Assembly: GCF_006345805.1 (NCBI RefSeq)
Contig: NC_042999.1
Span: 47,616,001 to 47,680,000, forward strand
DNA from: Octopus sinensis
Lineage: Eukaryota
DNA length: 64,000 nt
Reading direction: 5' to 3'
Made by a program: the position numbers and the translations under genes. Every line of letters begins with the position of its first letter. Positions within the stretch are counted from its first letter, which is position 1. Of the stretch, positions 14,458-28,085 are shown piece after piece. The notes beneath the pieces are model-generated. The model saw only the letters and a program-made list of their open reading frames with translations. It ran no database searches and had not been told where the DNA came from.

Positions 14458-14838
14458 GATAGATAGATATATATATGTATATGTATATATACACATACAC
14501 ACATACATAAACAACGCAAACAAACAAATTGCTGCCAATAGTACTTTGATCTTTCAAAGAGGAATTTCTATAGATGTAATGATGTTGAAATTTTTTTATT
14601 AAGGAAATACAATGTGACCCTAATAGACTGAAAATGCTTTCTACTAAACAATGCTTTTTTGTTTCCTTTACTATAAATGTGTTACATTACAGTAGCTTAT
14701 TAACTTTCAAGAGGTTGCCTTTGATAATTTATAAATGTGGTCAATGCTGAAATGTCGATAATACATCAATAGTAGCCAGAAGTGTCGTAGGCCGATACGC
14801 ATAAAGGTAATGGGGAAAGGGCAAACATTTTATATAAG

Positions 14839-14872
<34 letters not shown>

Positions 14873-15077
14873 CGTATGTGCGTGTGTGTGAGTGTGTGTG
14901 ACTTGGCGTGTATGTGTGTTTCTTTGTGTGCATATACAAAGTGAGAGAGAGAAGGAGAGAGATGATGTGGAGATTTGTATATATATATATATGTATATAT
15001 ATATAATATATATGTATATATATATATATATATGTATACATATATATATATGTATATATGTATATATATGTGTATGC

Positions 15078-15114
<37 letters not shown>

Positions 15115-15195
15115 AGTGCGTGTGTGTGGTTTTCTCTGTGTGTATAAACAAAGTGAGAGAGATAGGGAGATAGATGAGGGAGATATATGTATGTG

Positions 15196-15227
<32 letters not shown>

Positions 15228-15911
15228 ATATGTACAATAATTATGTATGCATATTCTCACACATACAGAGACCCAGACACTCTAACATAAATCGATATGA
15301 ATATATTTGTGAATGAGACTTTGCTTCTGCACCCCGTTTAGTAGTTATTTTCGATAGCTATTCATGCGTACGGCTCAAAGCAAATCATCCGGTTGTATAT
15401 TTGACACGTGTTTTACCGCCGTGTTACGCTAAACAGGGTTCAATATTTATGAATGACAACTATAGAAAGTTTATTATTCGGTCAACGAATCAGACAACTT
15501 TTCAGCCATTTCTCGTCTGCCTGATTTCCTAATATCCATACCATACAATATAATGGAAACATCAACTTACATATATGCAACAATAGAGCACATGTGCACA
15601 TGTTCCTGTTCATATAGAAAACGCAGAGATACGATGATGTATACATATAGATATGCATGTATAACATGATACTGCTTTAAATACAGAATATATATAAACA
15701 CGAACACTAACACACACACATATATATACAAATAAATATACATCTGTGCATAGATGGATAGGTATTATGTACATGTGCATATGTATATATATATATATAT
15801 ATATGTGCATGCATAAATTACATATAGATATAGATATATAAATCCCTTTCTGTTTGTCTGTCCTCTTTCGCCCAACTTTCTCTCACCCTGTCTTCCTGTT
15901 TCTTGAGTAAC

Positions 15912-16015
15912 CCTGCGAGGGACTGGCGCCCCGTCCAGCTGATAGGGACACATACGCCATAGAAACCGAGAAACCGGGCCCATGAGCCTGGCTAGGCTTG
16001 AAAAGAGCGCATATG
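15912..16015 (+). mobile_element. Family C SINE 3' fragment
   Basis: GGACTGGCGCCCCGTCCAGCTG...CATGAGCCTGGCTAGGCTT matches 6125-6205. Confidence 0.85.
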
Positions 16016-16055
<40 letters not shown>

Positions 16056-16092
16056 CCACGTCCTTGTTTTCTTATATATATATATATATATA

Positions 16093-16235
16093 CATATAAG
16101 TAAACAAGGACGTGGTACATATAGCGTATGAAGTAAAGAAAGGTGGTTTGACGTTTCGAGCGACTCTCTTCTTCGGAAACAGTGTAAAATCCACTAAAAA
16201 GGAAGATAGAGGAAGAAAATCGCCAACGATTCACA
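16093..16235 (-). mobile_element. Penelope-like 3' tail with minimal hammerhead motif
   Basis: Minus strand GTTT-CCGAAGA-A-GAG(agtcg)CTC-GAAAC-GT-C-AAAC at 16146-16180; ends in (TA)n; 16051-16074 is an inverted copy of its last ~24 nt. Confidence 0.55.
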
Positions 16236-16400
16236 TATGTCTGTCTTTGTTCCCCACCATCACTTGATAACAGAAATTGGTGTATGTACTTCCCCATTAC
16301 CTAGCGGTTCGTCAAAAGAAACCGATGAAATAAGTGCTAGGCTTACATGGAATAAGTTCTGGGCTGGATTTGTTCGACTAAAGGCGGTGCTCCAACATTG
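16236..16400 (+). mobile_element. Family A SINE 3' half
   Basis: CCTAGCGGTTCGTCAAAAGAAACCGAT...GACTAAAGGCGGTGCTCCAACAT. Confidence 0.85.
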
Positions 16401-17527
16401 GAATGCATAACTATAAAATTCTTTTCATAGTTATCCTTGAAAGCCACGTCTCCGCTCAGTCCTTTGGATATACTTCTGAGTGTAAATTATGTTTCATCTG
16501 ATGATTATGGGGCTTTTTTTGTAAGGAAATAATTTTCTAATTCTTCTATTAATAATGTGTAAGAAAGAGTTTTAATGATGTAACATTTATGATGTAAAAT
16601 TTCTCTAATGTATCCATAGGCAGAAGCATATTTAAGAAGAAAGCCCACTTCTATAATATAGTAATTGCTGGCAGATTTTTCAAGATACTAGTGTACAAGA
16701 AGCATCCTACATACACTCATACTTCATAAAACCACAAGGCCATCTACACACAATATGTAACAAAATATACACCACGAATGTATTTAAGGACCGCTATATC
16801 TATACACCCACACACACATATATGTAGGTGAGTTATAGCTTCACTCTCATCGCTCAATAATTGAAACCATATCAAATGAACCCATGAATAGATAGCTTGT
16901 CTCTTTGAACGGAATATAATTATGCTTCTTATGAAGCTTCTTATGTGCAGTGCAGTTTTAGATGCTATTCAAAGAAATTATACAACACCTCCGCGAACAG
17001 TTAAGATGTGACTTCATGAATCTTCCATCCTGAGTAGCGAAAATTATCCCTTCAAAATCGATGATATTCTAGCACATTGTTGAAAAGGAATTAAATGACT
17101 CATCTAATTAAATTATCATGTACTCTAAGAACCTAGAGCTGTTATGGTGCAAGGCACCAAAATAATGCTGAGATAATCATTAGGCATCATTGTTGAAATT
17201 TAGGCTCCCACTCACTTTCTCTTGCAACAGATACACATCTCGCATTGACACACATACACAGACACACACTTGTCTCTATATAGTAATGTCATTTCTTGGT
17301 CCGGATCATACAAAATAATGTGTTCGTTATTTACTTTGGATTCGTTTGCCAATTCATTCGCTTTCCCTCTTCAATTCATAACTTTTTTTAGAATTTCACC
17401 ACAATTTAAAATATACAGCTTCTGTTACTTAAGACATCATGCGTTAAAGTTAAATCACTCATTGAGTAATACTTGAGTGATTATTACGCTGTAGCTATGT
17501 GTGTGGGTACGTGCGTCCGTGCAGGAT

Positions 17528-17564
<37 letters not shown>

Positions 17565-17641
17565 CACCCATATATATACATATGCATTTAAATATACTCA
17601 CATATATATATATATATATACATATATACATATGCATTTAA

Positions 17642-17675
<34 letters not shown>

Positions 17676-19689
17676 TTCTATGTATGATATGCATATATAT
17701 GTATGTAATGATGGATAGATGGATGGATAGGTCGATGAATGGAACGATGTCTGGGTCGATGGATCGATGGATAGAAATGTCACCTAAATAATCTTTCATT
17801 TCATTTTCTGCAATCTATAATGGGATCGTGAATTTTGAAATATGAATCTTAATCTGTAAATGGCAAACATACAACCCAGTATTAATTGTTACCGAAAAAA
17901 ATCCAATGCTTTATGCAATTCTCATCTCTGTAGAGGTATGAGAACACAGAGTTATTTGTTAAAAAAAATAAGTAGCTTTAAATTTGACCGTTTGTATGTT
18001 TAACCACATACATCATTAAGAACTTCTTTACTAAACATATGGCGAGAGATTGACTGGTATAACCCGAAACAGAGAGCGATTGTTCGTAAGAGATGCAATT
18101 ACATTATAACATTCCGTTCGGTGTTTAGAAATGACATCCTGTCCAGTATATTGCATCAAATGTATAAGCTTCAAAAATTTGAATCAGCATTTTAAAATTC
18201 TGATGCTTCGAGCTCCGAATCATCTGGATCATATATATCATAAAAGGAAATACATTAAGCCATTAGGATTCATATAATTTCCTTGTAATTGTCTTTCATG
18301 TAAATGAAATGTGTAGCCTAAGGAGATAATATATGAAAATACAGATTTTACTTGTAATGCCTTACTGAAAATATCATAAATAATAGGAATTGAAGAATAA
18401 GAATTTATATACGATCGCAAAACGGCTGCATGAAGAAACAGCCTCTATTCCGGCCAAGATCATGCTGATATTTAATGATCAAGAATTTGCAAAAGTAGCC
18501 AGTTACGAATTACTGTAATATACATATTTCTGCTTCCTTGTACAGAAAAAATGATAATAAAGTGAAGCAAGTGCAATAACTTTAGAAATGAACATTAGAT
18601 ATGCCATAGATTACCTGAAGGATATTGTTGAATCATGAGGGTTATAGGCAACGAAAGAGAGTGGATCTGAATGAAACCATATATCAACATTTTGAATTTG
18701 TTTGAGGATATGGAGTTCTCTGTGAGGTTGTGGATAAAGATAGCTAAAGAGGAAATAATTTTGAAGATGACAGAACTAAATTTGATGTTCAGATTTGAGG
18801 AAAATAAAACTAGCCTGGAAAGATACGAACATAAGCAAATAGCTTACAAATAACAATATGCAAGAGAAAACAGAGAGGAATGATGATATATTGATCGGGA
18901 AGTGCTCGACAACCAGCTTAATAAGGCCTAGTAGAACGCATGAAAGGAAATATTCATTCAATTTGTACTCAAACTTCTAATTATTTCAACGAACAAAGAC
19001 AAAAATGTTGAACTGAAGATACTTTTCAAACAAAATGTAAGCTTAAATTCCAAAGAGACAAGTAGAAATGAGATAGAAGCGAGTGAAATTAAACCTTTGG
19101 AAGTAGTTGGAAACAAAGGATGCAAATAATAGGAAACGATATGGGGAACAAGTGAAGATAAGCCGAAAATCTTGCTTAAAGTGTTTAGAATCAAGAACCA
19201 AATTTCCTGTAATGTTATCATGTATCATACAGAGACACATGTATGTGTTTCTATCTATCTGTCTGTCTATCTAACTATTATCTATCTATTTAATCTATCA
19301 ACAATATATCGATCTTCCACACACATATACTCACATACATACATATATATGTGGGGGGGGCGGTGTTTATAAATAAATACAGATATGAATACAAGCATGC
19401 ATACAATTATTCTTACGTGCATATTGATTAAAATTTAATACGTCTGTCTGAAGTTTCTATTTTTAGGATAGTATGAAATTCAGGTTAATTCAGAAACACG
19501 AACCATGTTGATATATTATTTGGAATCGTAAGCAAAATTTTTTCCACACTACACCATACAACATTACACATCATATCACAACACACCACCCACACACCCA
19601 TCCCCACATCTTCACTCCTACACATACATACACGCACACGTCCAGACTACTAGCCCTCTTTCACACGCACATAATACTCTCTTATACAC

Positions 19690-19990
19690 ACACGCACCTT
19701 TGTGTTGGGGGCACCGTTGTGTTGGGGGTCATCTTTACATTGTTATCTCCCCTACTTTCTTCCTCATGTTTGACCCTTCTGTCTGGCACTAGTCGCCATG
19801 ATAGATCTTTAGCCACTACACACATTTTTTCTCTCCTTGTTTCTCGCCTTGTTTTTTCTTTGTCCCTTTCTGTAGAAGAGCGTAGGCTCGAAACGTAATA
19901 GACTTTTCTATTCCCGAGCGTTATACTAATACATCTGTTTGTTTTGTACACCACCTGTCTTCGTCTTTTGTTTTTTTCGTAAACTCTCCC
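19690..19990 (+). mobile_element. Penelope-like tail family F with variant hammerhead motif
   Basis: CTTT-CTGTAGA-A-GAGC(gtag)GCTC-GAAAC-GT-A at 19866-19897; ends at (TA)n; related copies at 27.7 and 55.8 kb; 5' boundary approximate. Confidence 0.6.
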
Positions 19991-20054
19991 TATATATATA
20001 TATATATATATATATACATGTTTATATGCATATGTACACACACACACACACACA

Positions 20055-20152
<98 letters not shown>

Positions 20153-20623
20153 AAGGGGCACCCGAAAGTAACTCGTTCAGGTTCCCACCACTAGAGGCCA
20201 TTTGGCAACCCTCAAACATCAGTGTGGCGACCGGCAGCCTCCTTCTCGCATGCTCGTATACTTTTGCGATGGCTGAAGAGCCGAAACAGATTTCAAGCTT
20301 CAAATTACAAGGACGCTTCCATTAGCAAAACACAGTTTATGAGTGGTTTCGATGCTTAAGTAATGGTCCCCAGTTGCTTTAAAACTGTATGGAATTTATA
20401 GAACCTAATTCAGGCCAACCATCGACTTTCTGAACGTATGAAAACGTCTAAAAATTCGGGAAGACCAACGACGAAAAATTGGCGATCACCTTGATATGAC
20501 TGTTGTATGCTGGAGCTACTGACTACGAATTTTGTGCGAGAAATGATATGTTTAACGATGCGAATTTGTTTCCCCTGGTCAAACTGTTTAACTCAAACTT
20601 TAAGCAAACCAAAAATATTTAAA

Positions 20624-21027
20624 TACTCTTTCACTCTTTTACTCTTTTACTTTTTCAGTCATTTGACTGCGGTCATGCTGGAGCACCGCCTTTAGTCGAG
20701 CAAATCGACCCCGGGACTTATTCTTTGTAAGCCCAGTACTTATTCTATCGGTCTCTTTTGCCAAACCGCTAAGTTACGGGGACGTAAACACACCAGCATC
20801 AGTTGTCAAGCAATGCTAGTGGGACAAACACACACACATACACATATATACATATACATATATACGACAGGCTTCTTTCAGTTTCCGTCTACCAAATCCA
20901 CTCACAAGGCATTGGTCGGCCCGGGGCTATAGCAGAAGACACTTGCCCAAGGTGCCACGCAGTGGGACTGAACCCGGAACCATGTGGTTGGTTAGCAAGC
21001 TACTTACCACACAGCCACTCCTGCGCC
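20624..21027 (-). mobile_element. Family A SINE, full length
   Basis: Reverse complement of the family A consensus from head to (GAGTAAAA)n tail. Confidence 0.92.
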
Positions 21028-21438
21028 TATGTTATACTCAAAATTTTGTATTATTAGATTTCATTTCAAATTTCAAGTTTTGAGTTCATAATCTGTTAAA
21101 TTTGCACTTAGGTAAATTTCCTTTAGCAAAATAGGTTGATATACATAATACTGTGTTATAATGGAAAAGTATTGATGTATCGCAACGAGATACCGTAATT
21201 ACCTCTAAATACGAGGGTTTAAAAAGACCTAGTAATTGACAATCTGCATTCTTTTGGCACATTCTTTAGGCCCTAATTAACAAATCTCCTCGTTTAGAGT
21301 AGTTCATCTGGAACATTCAAATTACTTACGGTGAAATATCAACCATGCCTTTCATGAAACACGCCATCATATAGTATCACACGATAACATAATATATTTG
21401 CCAAGATATATGAATATACTTATCAGCAGTACTAATAC

Positions 21439-21518
21439 CTCATGATTTGGATCATTTGTTGTGCTTGGTGAATCATTTACTTTCCGTAGAAAAAATCCGT
21501 CTTGAAATTTATACTCAC
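21439..21518 (-). CDS. Candidate 80-nt internal exon, (G)EYKFQDGFFLRKVNDSPSTTNDPNHE, product unknown
   Basis: Strong acceptor T-tract-CTCATTTCAG, open frame, donor GAG|GTATTA; no homology recognised. Confidence 0.3.
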
Positions 21519-21772
21519 CTGAAATGAGAAAAAAAAAACAACAACTTTAAACTTTAAGTCCGCATAGAGATCATTTACAGAATACATAGCAATTCAATAG
21601 ACAATATATAAAGCTTATACATATACACGGATATACCTACGTTTGGATGTATATATGTTTTATGTAGTTTCTATTGGGTTAAATTCTTGGTCCTGCGCGT
21701 TTGTGGGGGTGAGGTGGGAGGGGAGGTAATTGGGCTATGGAGGTACATGATGTATTATTATTATTATTATTA

Positions 21773-21833
<61 letters not shown>

Positions 21834-22556
21834 CATTATTATTATTATTATCATTATTATTAGTTTCTTTTTGATTTAATAATTTCCTTTGACAGGTACA
21901 AATGTACAAAGTCCAGTAATCAGAGCCTTCATAACTGGGTACATCAACCTTTATGTAACGAACTTTTTAAGGGTTCACGAAGGATTATAAGTAGATGGTA
22001 TGTTTTATCGTTTCAGTTTCTATACCTGTTGTTATTCTTTAAGGCATTTCTTTTTTTTAATTTCGAAGGTATTGGTTATTTTGCTTACCGAAAAGAAGAA
22101 CACACATAAACTTAAGCACCTACTTTAGAAAACTCTACCCTAAATAAATAAATTCTAAATAATAACATAATCCCAAATTTCAAAAGAAAACAACCCGCCA
22201 AACTACTGAAAAGCAGGACTCCATAACAACCCAAACTAAAACCTAACGCCCCCATCCCCTTTCAAAATCATAAAACCGAGGAAGGTTTTAACACAACAAA
22301 GCTTATATAATGCTAAGATTAATTCTACTGGATCACAATCTCACGCTGGGTTACGTTCGGAGAACTGTAAAGTCACTTACTTTGAATGACCTTCTTGCTG
22401 AAGATTAATATAAACACATACATATGTATGTATAAATTTATTATTTACTATTGTTGCTACTCTGGCCTCTTCTTAAGATTTTACAACTAACCTTTTGGCT
22501 TACACACACACACACACAAACCCGTACACACATATGCATGTATGAATATATATATA

Positions 22557-22787
22557 TAAGGCGGCGAGCTGGCAGAAACGTTAGCACGCCGGGTGAGATG
22601 TGTAGCCGTATTTCGTCTGTCGTTACGTTCCGAGTTCAAATTTCGCCGAGGTCGACTTTGCCTTTCATCCTTTCGGGGTCGATAAATTAAGTACCAGAAA
22701 CGCAGTGGGGTCGATGTAATCGACTTAATCCGTTTGCCTGTTCTTGTTTGTCCCCTCTGTGTTTAGCCCCTTGTGGGTAGTAAAGAA

Positions 22788-22790
<3 letters not shown>
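22557..22790 (+). mobile_element. Family B SINE, full length
   Basis: GGCGGCGAGCTGGCAGAAACG...GAGTTCAAATTTCGCC...TTTAGCCCCTTGTGGGTAGTAAAGAAATA followed by (TA)n. Confidence 0.92.
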
Positions 22791-22821
<31 letters not shown>

Positions 22822-22830
22822 GTATGTATG

Positions 22831-23094
22831 AACCTGGCCACTGGTGGTGGTGTAACACAACATACTAATCATATCTGTCGGGCATGTGGAAGAGAGTGTA
22901 ATTCGGCAAGAGGACTTAAACGACACATAAATCCCAGTAACAACTACAGCCGGCTATTACCAGTAAAGGTTTTAGTTGCCAATTTTGTACAAGACATCGT
23001 AGATCTTTAGCTGGGCTAAAATGTCACATTCGATCACAGCACCAGTAACAGTTAGGCTTCGTGCAATGGCGATACTCGATAACGAGGTGGCAGC

Positions 23095-23097
<3 letters not shown>
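22831..23097 (+). mobile_element. RTE-type LINE 3' end with two C2H2-like fingers, frameshifted
   Basis: CRACGRECNSARGLKRH, then in another frame CQFCTRHRRSLAGLKCHIRSQHQ-stop; short 3' UTR ATACTCGATAACGAGG; (TA)n tail; resembles RTE/BovB C-termini. Confidence 0.7.
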
Positions 23098-23137
<40 letters not shown>

Positions 23138-23720
23138 TTTTATTATTTTATTTATCATTTTATTTCTTTCAGACATTTGACTGCACCCATGTTTGTGCAA
23201 CACCTTAAAATCTTATGTTTTGCCTAGGATTAAACTAGTAGTAACATGCAACTGCCACTCTGATATGGCAATAAAATTCCCTTGTTAATATAGTTATAAC
23301 AACGATCACTTCTTGAGATTTTACAACTAGCTATTTTGTCTTGATCGAATCAGTGATCGATTGTGGCTTTTTTGCTTAGAGTATATTGTTAACTGGAGCG
23401 GACTTTCGCTATCGCTCTGGGGATTAGGTACTCGCGACAGCAGAGGAGACACCTAGATCGAAACTGAGTCAGCATTGCGATCCTATCATCCTGCTAGAGG
23501 ATGATAGGAACTCTTTCTCCCTGTTAGCGATATACATTGTATGGATAGGGTGCACCACCGTACTGAAAACCAACTGGCGGAAGATCTTCCTGGGATTAAT
23601 CTAGTAGTAACATGGAACAACCACTTTGATTTTTGTTATTAACTTAATTAATTAATATAGTTATTACTCTGATCTCTTCTTAAGATTTTACAACTGACAC
23701 ACACACACGCGCGCACACAC

Positions 23721-23752
<32 letters not shown>

Positions 23753-23754
23753 GT

Positions 23755-24075
23755 ATATATATATATATATGACGGGCTTCATTCAGTTTCTATCTATCAA
23801 ATCCACTTCAAGATTTTGGTCGGCCAGAGGCTACAGTAGAAGACGCTTTCCTAAAGTGTCACGCAATGGGACTGAACTCGGTACCATGTGGCTATGAAAC
23901 AAGTTTCTTATTTCTTATTTCTTTATTGCCCACAAGGGGCTAAACATAGAAGGGACAAACAAGAATAGACAAAGGAATTAATTCGATTACCCCGAAAGGA
24001 TGAAAGGCGAAGTCGACCTCAGTGGAATTTGAACTCAGGTGAAGTAAGTTTCTTACCACACAGCCACGCCTTCCC
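23755..24075 (-). mobile_element. Family A SINE 5' half with nested family B fragment (23911-24045)
   Basis: AAGTTTCTTA duplicated at 23901-23910 and 24046-24055 around the family B sequence. Confidence 0.8.
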
Positions 24076-24152
24076 CTACATATATTTCTCTTCAGTACAT
24101 TCAATATGGTCAATATCGCTTAGAGATTTAACATTCGATATGCTTATATATA

Positions 24153-24216
<64 letters not shown>

Positions 24217-25364
24217 GAATATACCTAAAATCTATTGCATAGAGAAATACACACAAATGCACACATACATGTATGTCTGCGCGCGTGAGCTCGTGTGTAC
24301 GTATGTATAAATATGTGTATGCATTGAATTAAAACAGTTTTTCGATAACCATATTCTCATGCTAATGTGAAAATTGCTAAAGCACAAATTGAAATATATT
24401 TTGCAATGTTTATCTTCATTATTTGTTATTAATATTTCGTATTTCCATATATCTGGCCGTTCATTGTACTAGTTTTAGATAACTTAATATATTATATTAT
24501 TAGATTCTGCGTCGCATTTCTATGATTGCAATATTACAAGTAGATGTTGCCTGATTTAAATTTTCAAAAATAGTTTTCATACAGTGATTATTTTTTGCGT
24601 AATACTACGATCACTACATCTACGAAAATGCGTATCGATATCAGAATTAACACTGCCGGTTGTTTTGGCCACACTAAAAATATGAAATATTTCATTTAGA
24701 TATCCCGCTTCGTCAATCAGTTTCATTGCGCCCAAAGTTTTGAATCTCTGTAATTCGATAGATGGCGCCTGCAGAAAATATGTGAAATAATACCATTCTT
24801 TGATTAATGTCTTTTGCTTATCTGATATCCAAATAAGTTACCGCATACATTAAGATTGGAGTGACAGATACATAGCCTTTGTATTCAATTCCATTACCCA
24901 TATAAAAGTTTTTACAAAATTTTAAAAACGAGCCTCAAAATATTTTTGTATGCAAAACTATAATGAAATACTATGATTAAATTCATACATCATACATGTC
25001 CATATTAAATTTGTATTAAATTTCAGCTTCAGAAATCAATATCATATAATAAGAAATATTCAGATAACGATTATTGTCACAGGAATAAATATGTTTTTGT
25101 AATATAGAGTGTGTGTACAAAATTGCACGCGTAATCATTTTTAATAACTAATGCTTAAATTTTATGGAAATATGTAAAGCTACAAAAGAAACGTGAAAAT
25201 GTCTCTAAAACATTGGAAACTAGTCTCAGGAAATTAAGAATTAATTATCCAATACACACACACGTACATACATACATGCATAAATACATGCATATATACA
25301 TAAATACATACGTACATATATACATACACGGATAACGCATGCATACATATTTACATTCATCCAC

Positions 25365-26224
25365 ATGTAGTTTGATCGATAAGTATCAGAACTGCAGTGA
25401 GAGCAACGAAGGTAAAGCATGCCGAGTAAAGCCGCTTGGCACAGATTGACCACACACGCTGCTCCGCATGTACACTTAATTTTAACGTTTTAGCTCACTT
25501 CCGCTGTTTACAGCAGTGCTTAGAAAGATGTAGCACATGATGGTGGCATTGAATGTAACAGAGAAATTGATTAAGGAATCTGCATCAAATATTGCCGAAT
25601 GCTTGGCGATACATGCTCAGAGGCCGACGCAAGTTTTCAAATAGTTTTCATCGTCCTTCACACAATGAAGGAGATCTTGTGCAACCGAGTGTCCTATTGG
25701 TCAGCAGGAGGCACTCTTGGCACAAACTTGGCAGACACGCGTATCATACCAACATCTTCAGTGACGTTGGACTGAACTGAACCGTAACTAATCTGCACAC
25801 CCACTGATAAACTACGGATGGTGATTCGACGATTTTTCTTCACAGCTGCACAGTCATGTGCAATGTTTTTACTCAGTTCCCCTAGTTGTGGGTCTTCCAG
25901 AACGTTCGTCAATATCGACACTTTTTCGGCCATCTTGGAAAAGTCTGAACCACTTATATACTCATGTGTAGCACACACCCTCCTCTCTATACACTTTCGG
26001 TAATTTTGCGTAGGCGTTTGATTAGATATCGCCATGACAACTTTCTCTGTCATGATCAATTCCATGAACACGCTCTACACACATTTCTTCCAAGCACTGC
26101 CGTAAACAGTGGAAGCTAGAATGTTAAAACTTAGTACGGTCAATGTTTGCCCATCAGCTCAACTCTGCATACCTCGGCTTCGTTACTGTGGAAACAGTCC
26201 TAATACTTATTGATCAATACATAT
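25365..26224 (-). mobile_element. Internally deleted mariner (Tc1/mariner) transposon
   Basis: Imperfect TIRs TTGATCGATAAGTATCAGAACT and AGTCCTAATACTTATTGATCAA, with further subterminal similarity; transposase remnant inside. Confidence 0.8.
25694..26071 (-). pseudogene. Mariner transposase N-terminal (HTH) remnant
   Basis: VKKNRRITIRSLS...ISYGSVQSNVTEDVGMIRVSAKFVPRV matches the mariner HTH-to-WVP linker region. Confidence 0.85.
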
Positions 26225-26447
26225 AAAAACTAGAGTTTTACGAAACAGGACTTAACCAACTAACACATTACAAATACAGTTTGTGAGTGGAATTCTAAGA
26301 AAATGCAAGATATTTCCCAAATTTAAGACGTGGAATATATTTTGGTATCTTCATTCCGAAACTTGAGCATTGTATCTTTGTATATTTGTCAGTAACGAGA
26401 TCCTTCTCGAGACGAGGAATGTAAATAAACACACGACAATATATATA

Positions 26448-26597
26448 TCGTCATCATTGTTCGACCGTGGTCGAGACAATGGAATTTACCATGCTACGCC
26501 AGACTTCACGGTCCAACATAACATAACGGAGGTCCTGTTGCTGGATGCCTGTATCCCTGGAGATTACATCAGTGTAAGAGAGTGTGCGCTCTCTGGT
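26448..26597 (-). mobile_element. RTE-type LINE extreme 3' end
   Basis: Minus frame [44 protein letters not shown]-stop with the DR..WR motif, then a short repeat tail. Confidence 0.7.
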
Positions 26598-26604
26598 ATA
26601 TATA

Positions 26605-26736
<132 letters not shown>

Positions 26737-27162
26737 TGTATGTATATATATACAGATAGATACATATATAAACATATATGTGCATATTATATACTATATA
26801 TACATATATATATATGTATACATATGTAAATACATACGTACATAGATGCATACACACACACACGCACACGCACACACACACACATATATAAATATATATT
26901 TATGTGCATATAAGCTTTATTCTAATTCACCCATCGCTCTATATTTCTCCAGTATTATTTTATTAATTTTCTGCCAATTTCTGCCCTTTTTCTTCTCTTT
27001 CTATAAGCTACCTCTGACGTTATACCAACGGTTTAGTTTTTCTTTAGAAAAAAACCCAACTTAATAGCGTTCCCTCTATCATTACAGGCACTCATCACAT
27101 TCACTTAAAGTGTCGTATTCATGTCTTTGGTTTCATTCTTTCCTTCTGGAATAATACAGGCA

Positions 27163-27376
27163 CTTTGAAATACAGGTACAACAGAAACAGGAAGAAAGAG
27201 TGAGAGAAAGTTGTGGTGAAAGAGTACAGCAGGGATCACCACCATCCCCTGCCAGAGCCTCGTGGAGCTTTAGGTGTTTTCGTTCAATAAACACTCACAA
27301 CGCCCGGTCTGGGAATCGAAACCGCGATCCTATGACCGCGAGTCCGCTGCCCTAACCACTGGGTATTTGCGCCTCC
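27163..27376 (-). mobile_element. tRNA-derived SINE, family D, 5' part
   Basis: Near-identical to 57210-57420. Confidence 0.88.
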
Positions 27377-27699
27377 ACAATATGCATTAACTAAGATAAC
27401 TTTCGTCCACATATATACTATATACATGCAGAGTATTTGGTTACAGTGACACACAGACACATATACGTAGACACACGTTAAAATCCCTTCTCGCCTTAAC
27501 TCATACACACACACACTAACATGGAACATTCTCACATATTCACAGATGCTTGCGCACCTCCGCTCGTTGGGATCACCATGAATTATATCCTCTACATTTA
27601 ACCACTCTTTTTATTATCTCCCGTTCATTCAACCTTTTTTTCCCAATCAGTCGCCACGTCAACATATCTTTTTTATGTCAACATATTTTTTAAACTTTA

Positions 27700-27850
27700 A
27701 ATTATTTTTCTATTTCCTCTTATAACTTTCTGTCGAAGAACCTAGGCTCGATACATAAAGGGCATTTCCATTTTTCCCGAGCGTGAAACTAATAAACTTG
27801 CATGTTATTCATACACCTGTCTGTCTTTTGTTTTTCTAGAAATTTGAACT
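27700..27850 (+). mobile_element. Family F tail, degraded
   Basis: CTTT-CTGTCGA-AGAACCTAGGCTCGATAC..., TTCCCGAGCGT, CACCTGTC similar to 19870-19980. Confidence 0.6.
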
Positions 27851-27896
27851 ATATATGTATATAAATATATATATATATATGAACTATATATGTATA

Positions 27897-27949
<53 letters not shown>

Positions 27950-28049
27950 GCACACGCACACACACACACACATACGCACATATACATATATATATATTAT
28001 TTTATTTGTTTCACTCATTTGACTGTGGCCATGCTCGAGCACCACCTTA

Positions 28050-28085
<36 letters not shown>

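Noticed and set aside
18420-19220. Purine-rich stretch resembling a decayed LINE
   Set aside because: No diagnostic endonuclease or RT motif could be read
20272-20290. CTGAAGAGCCGAAAC hammerhead-like string
   Set aside because: No room for stem II and no stem I or III pairing
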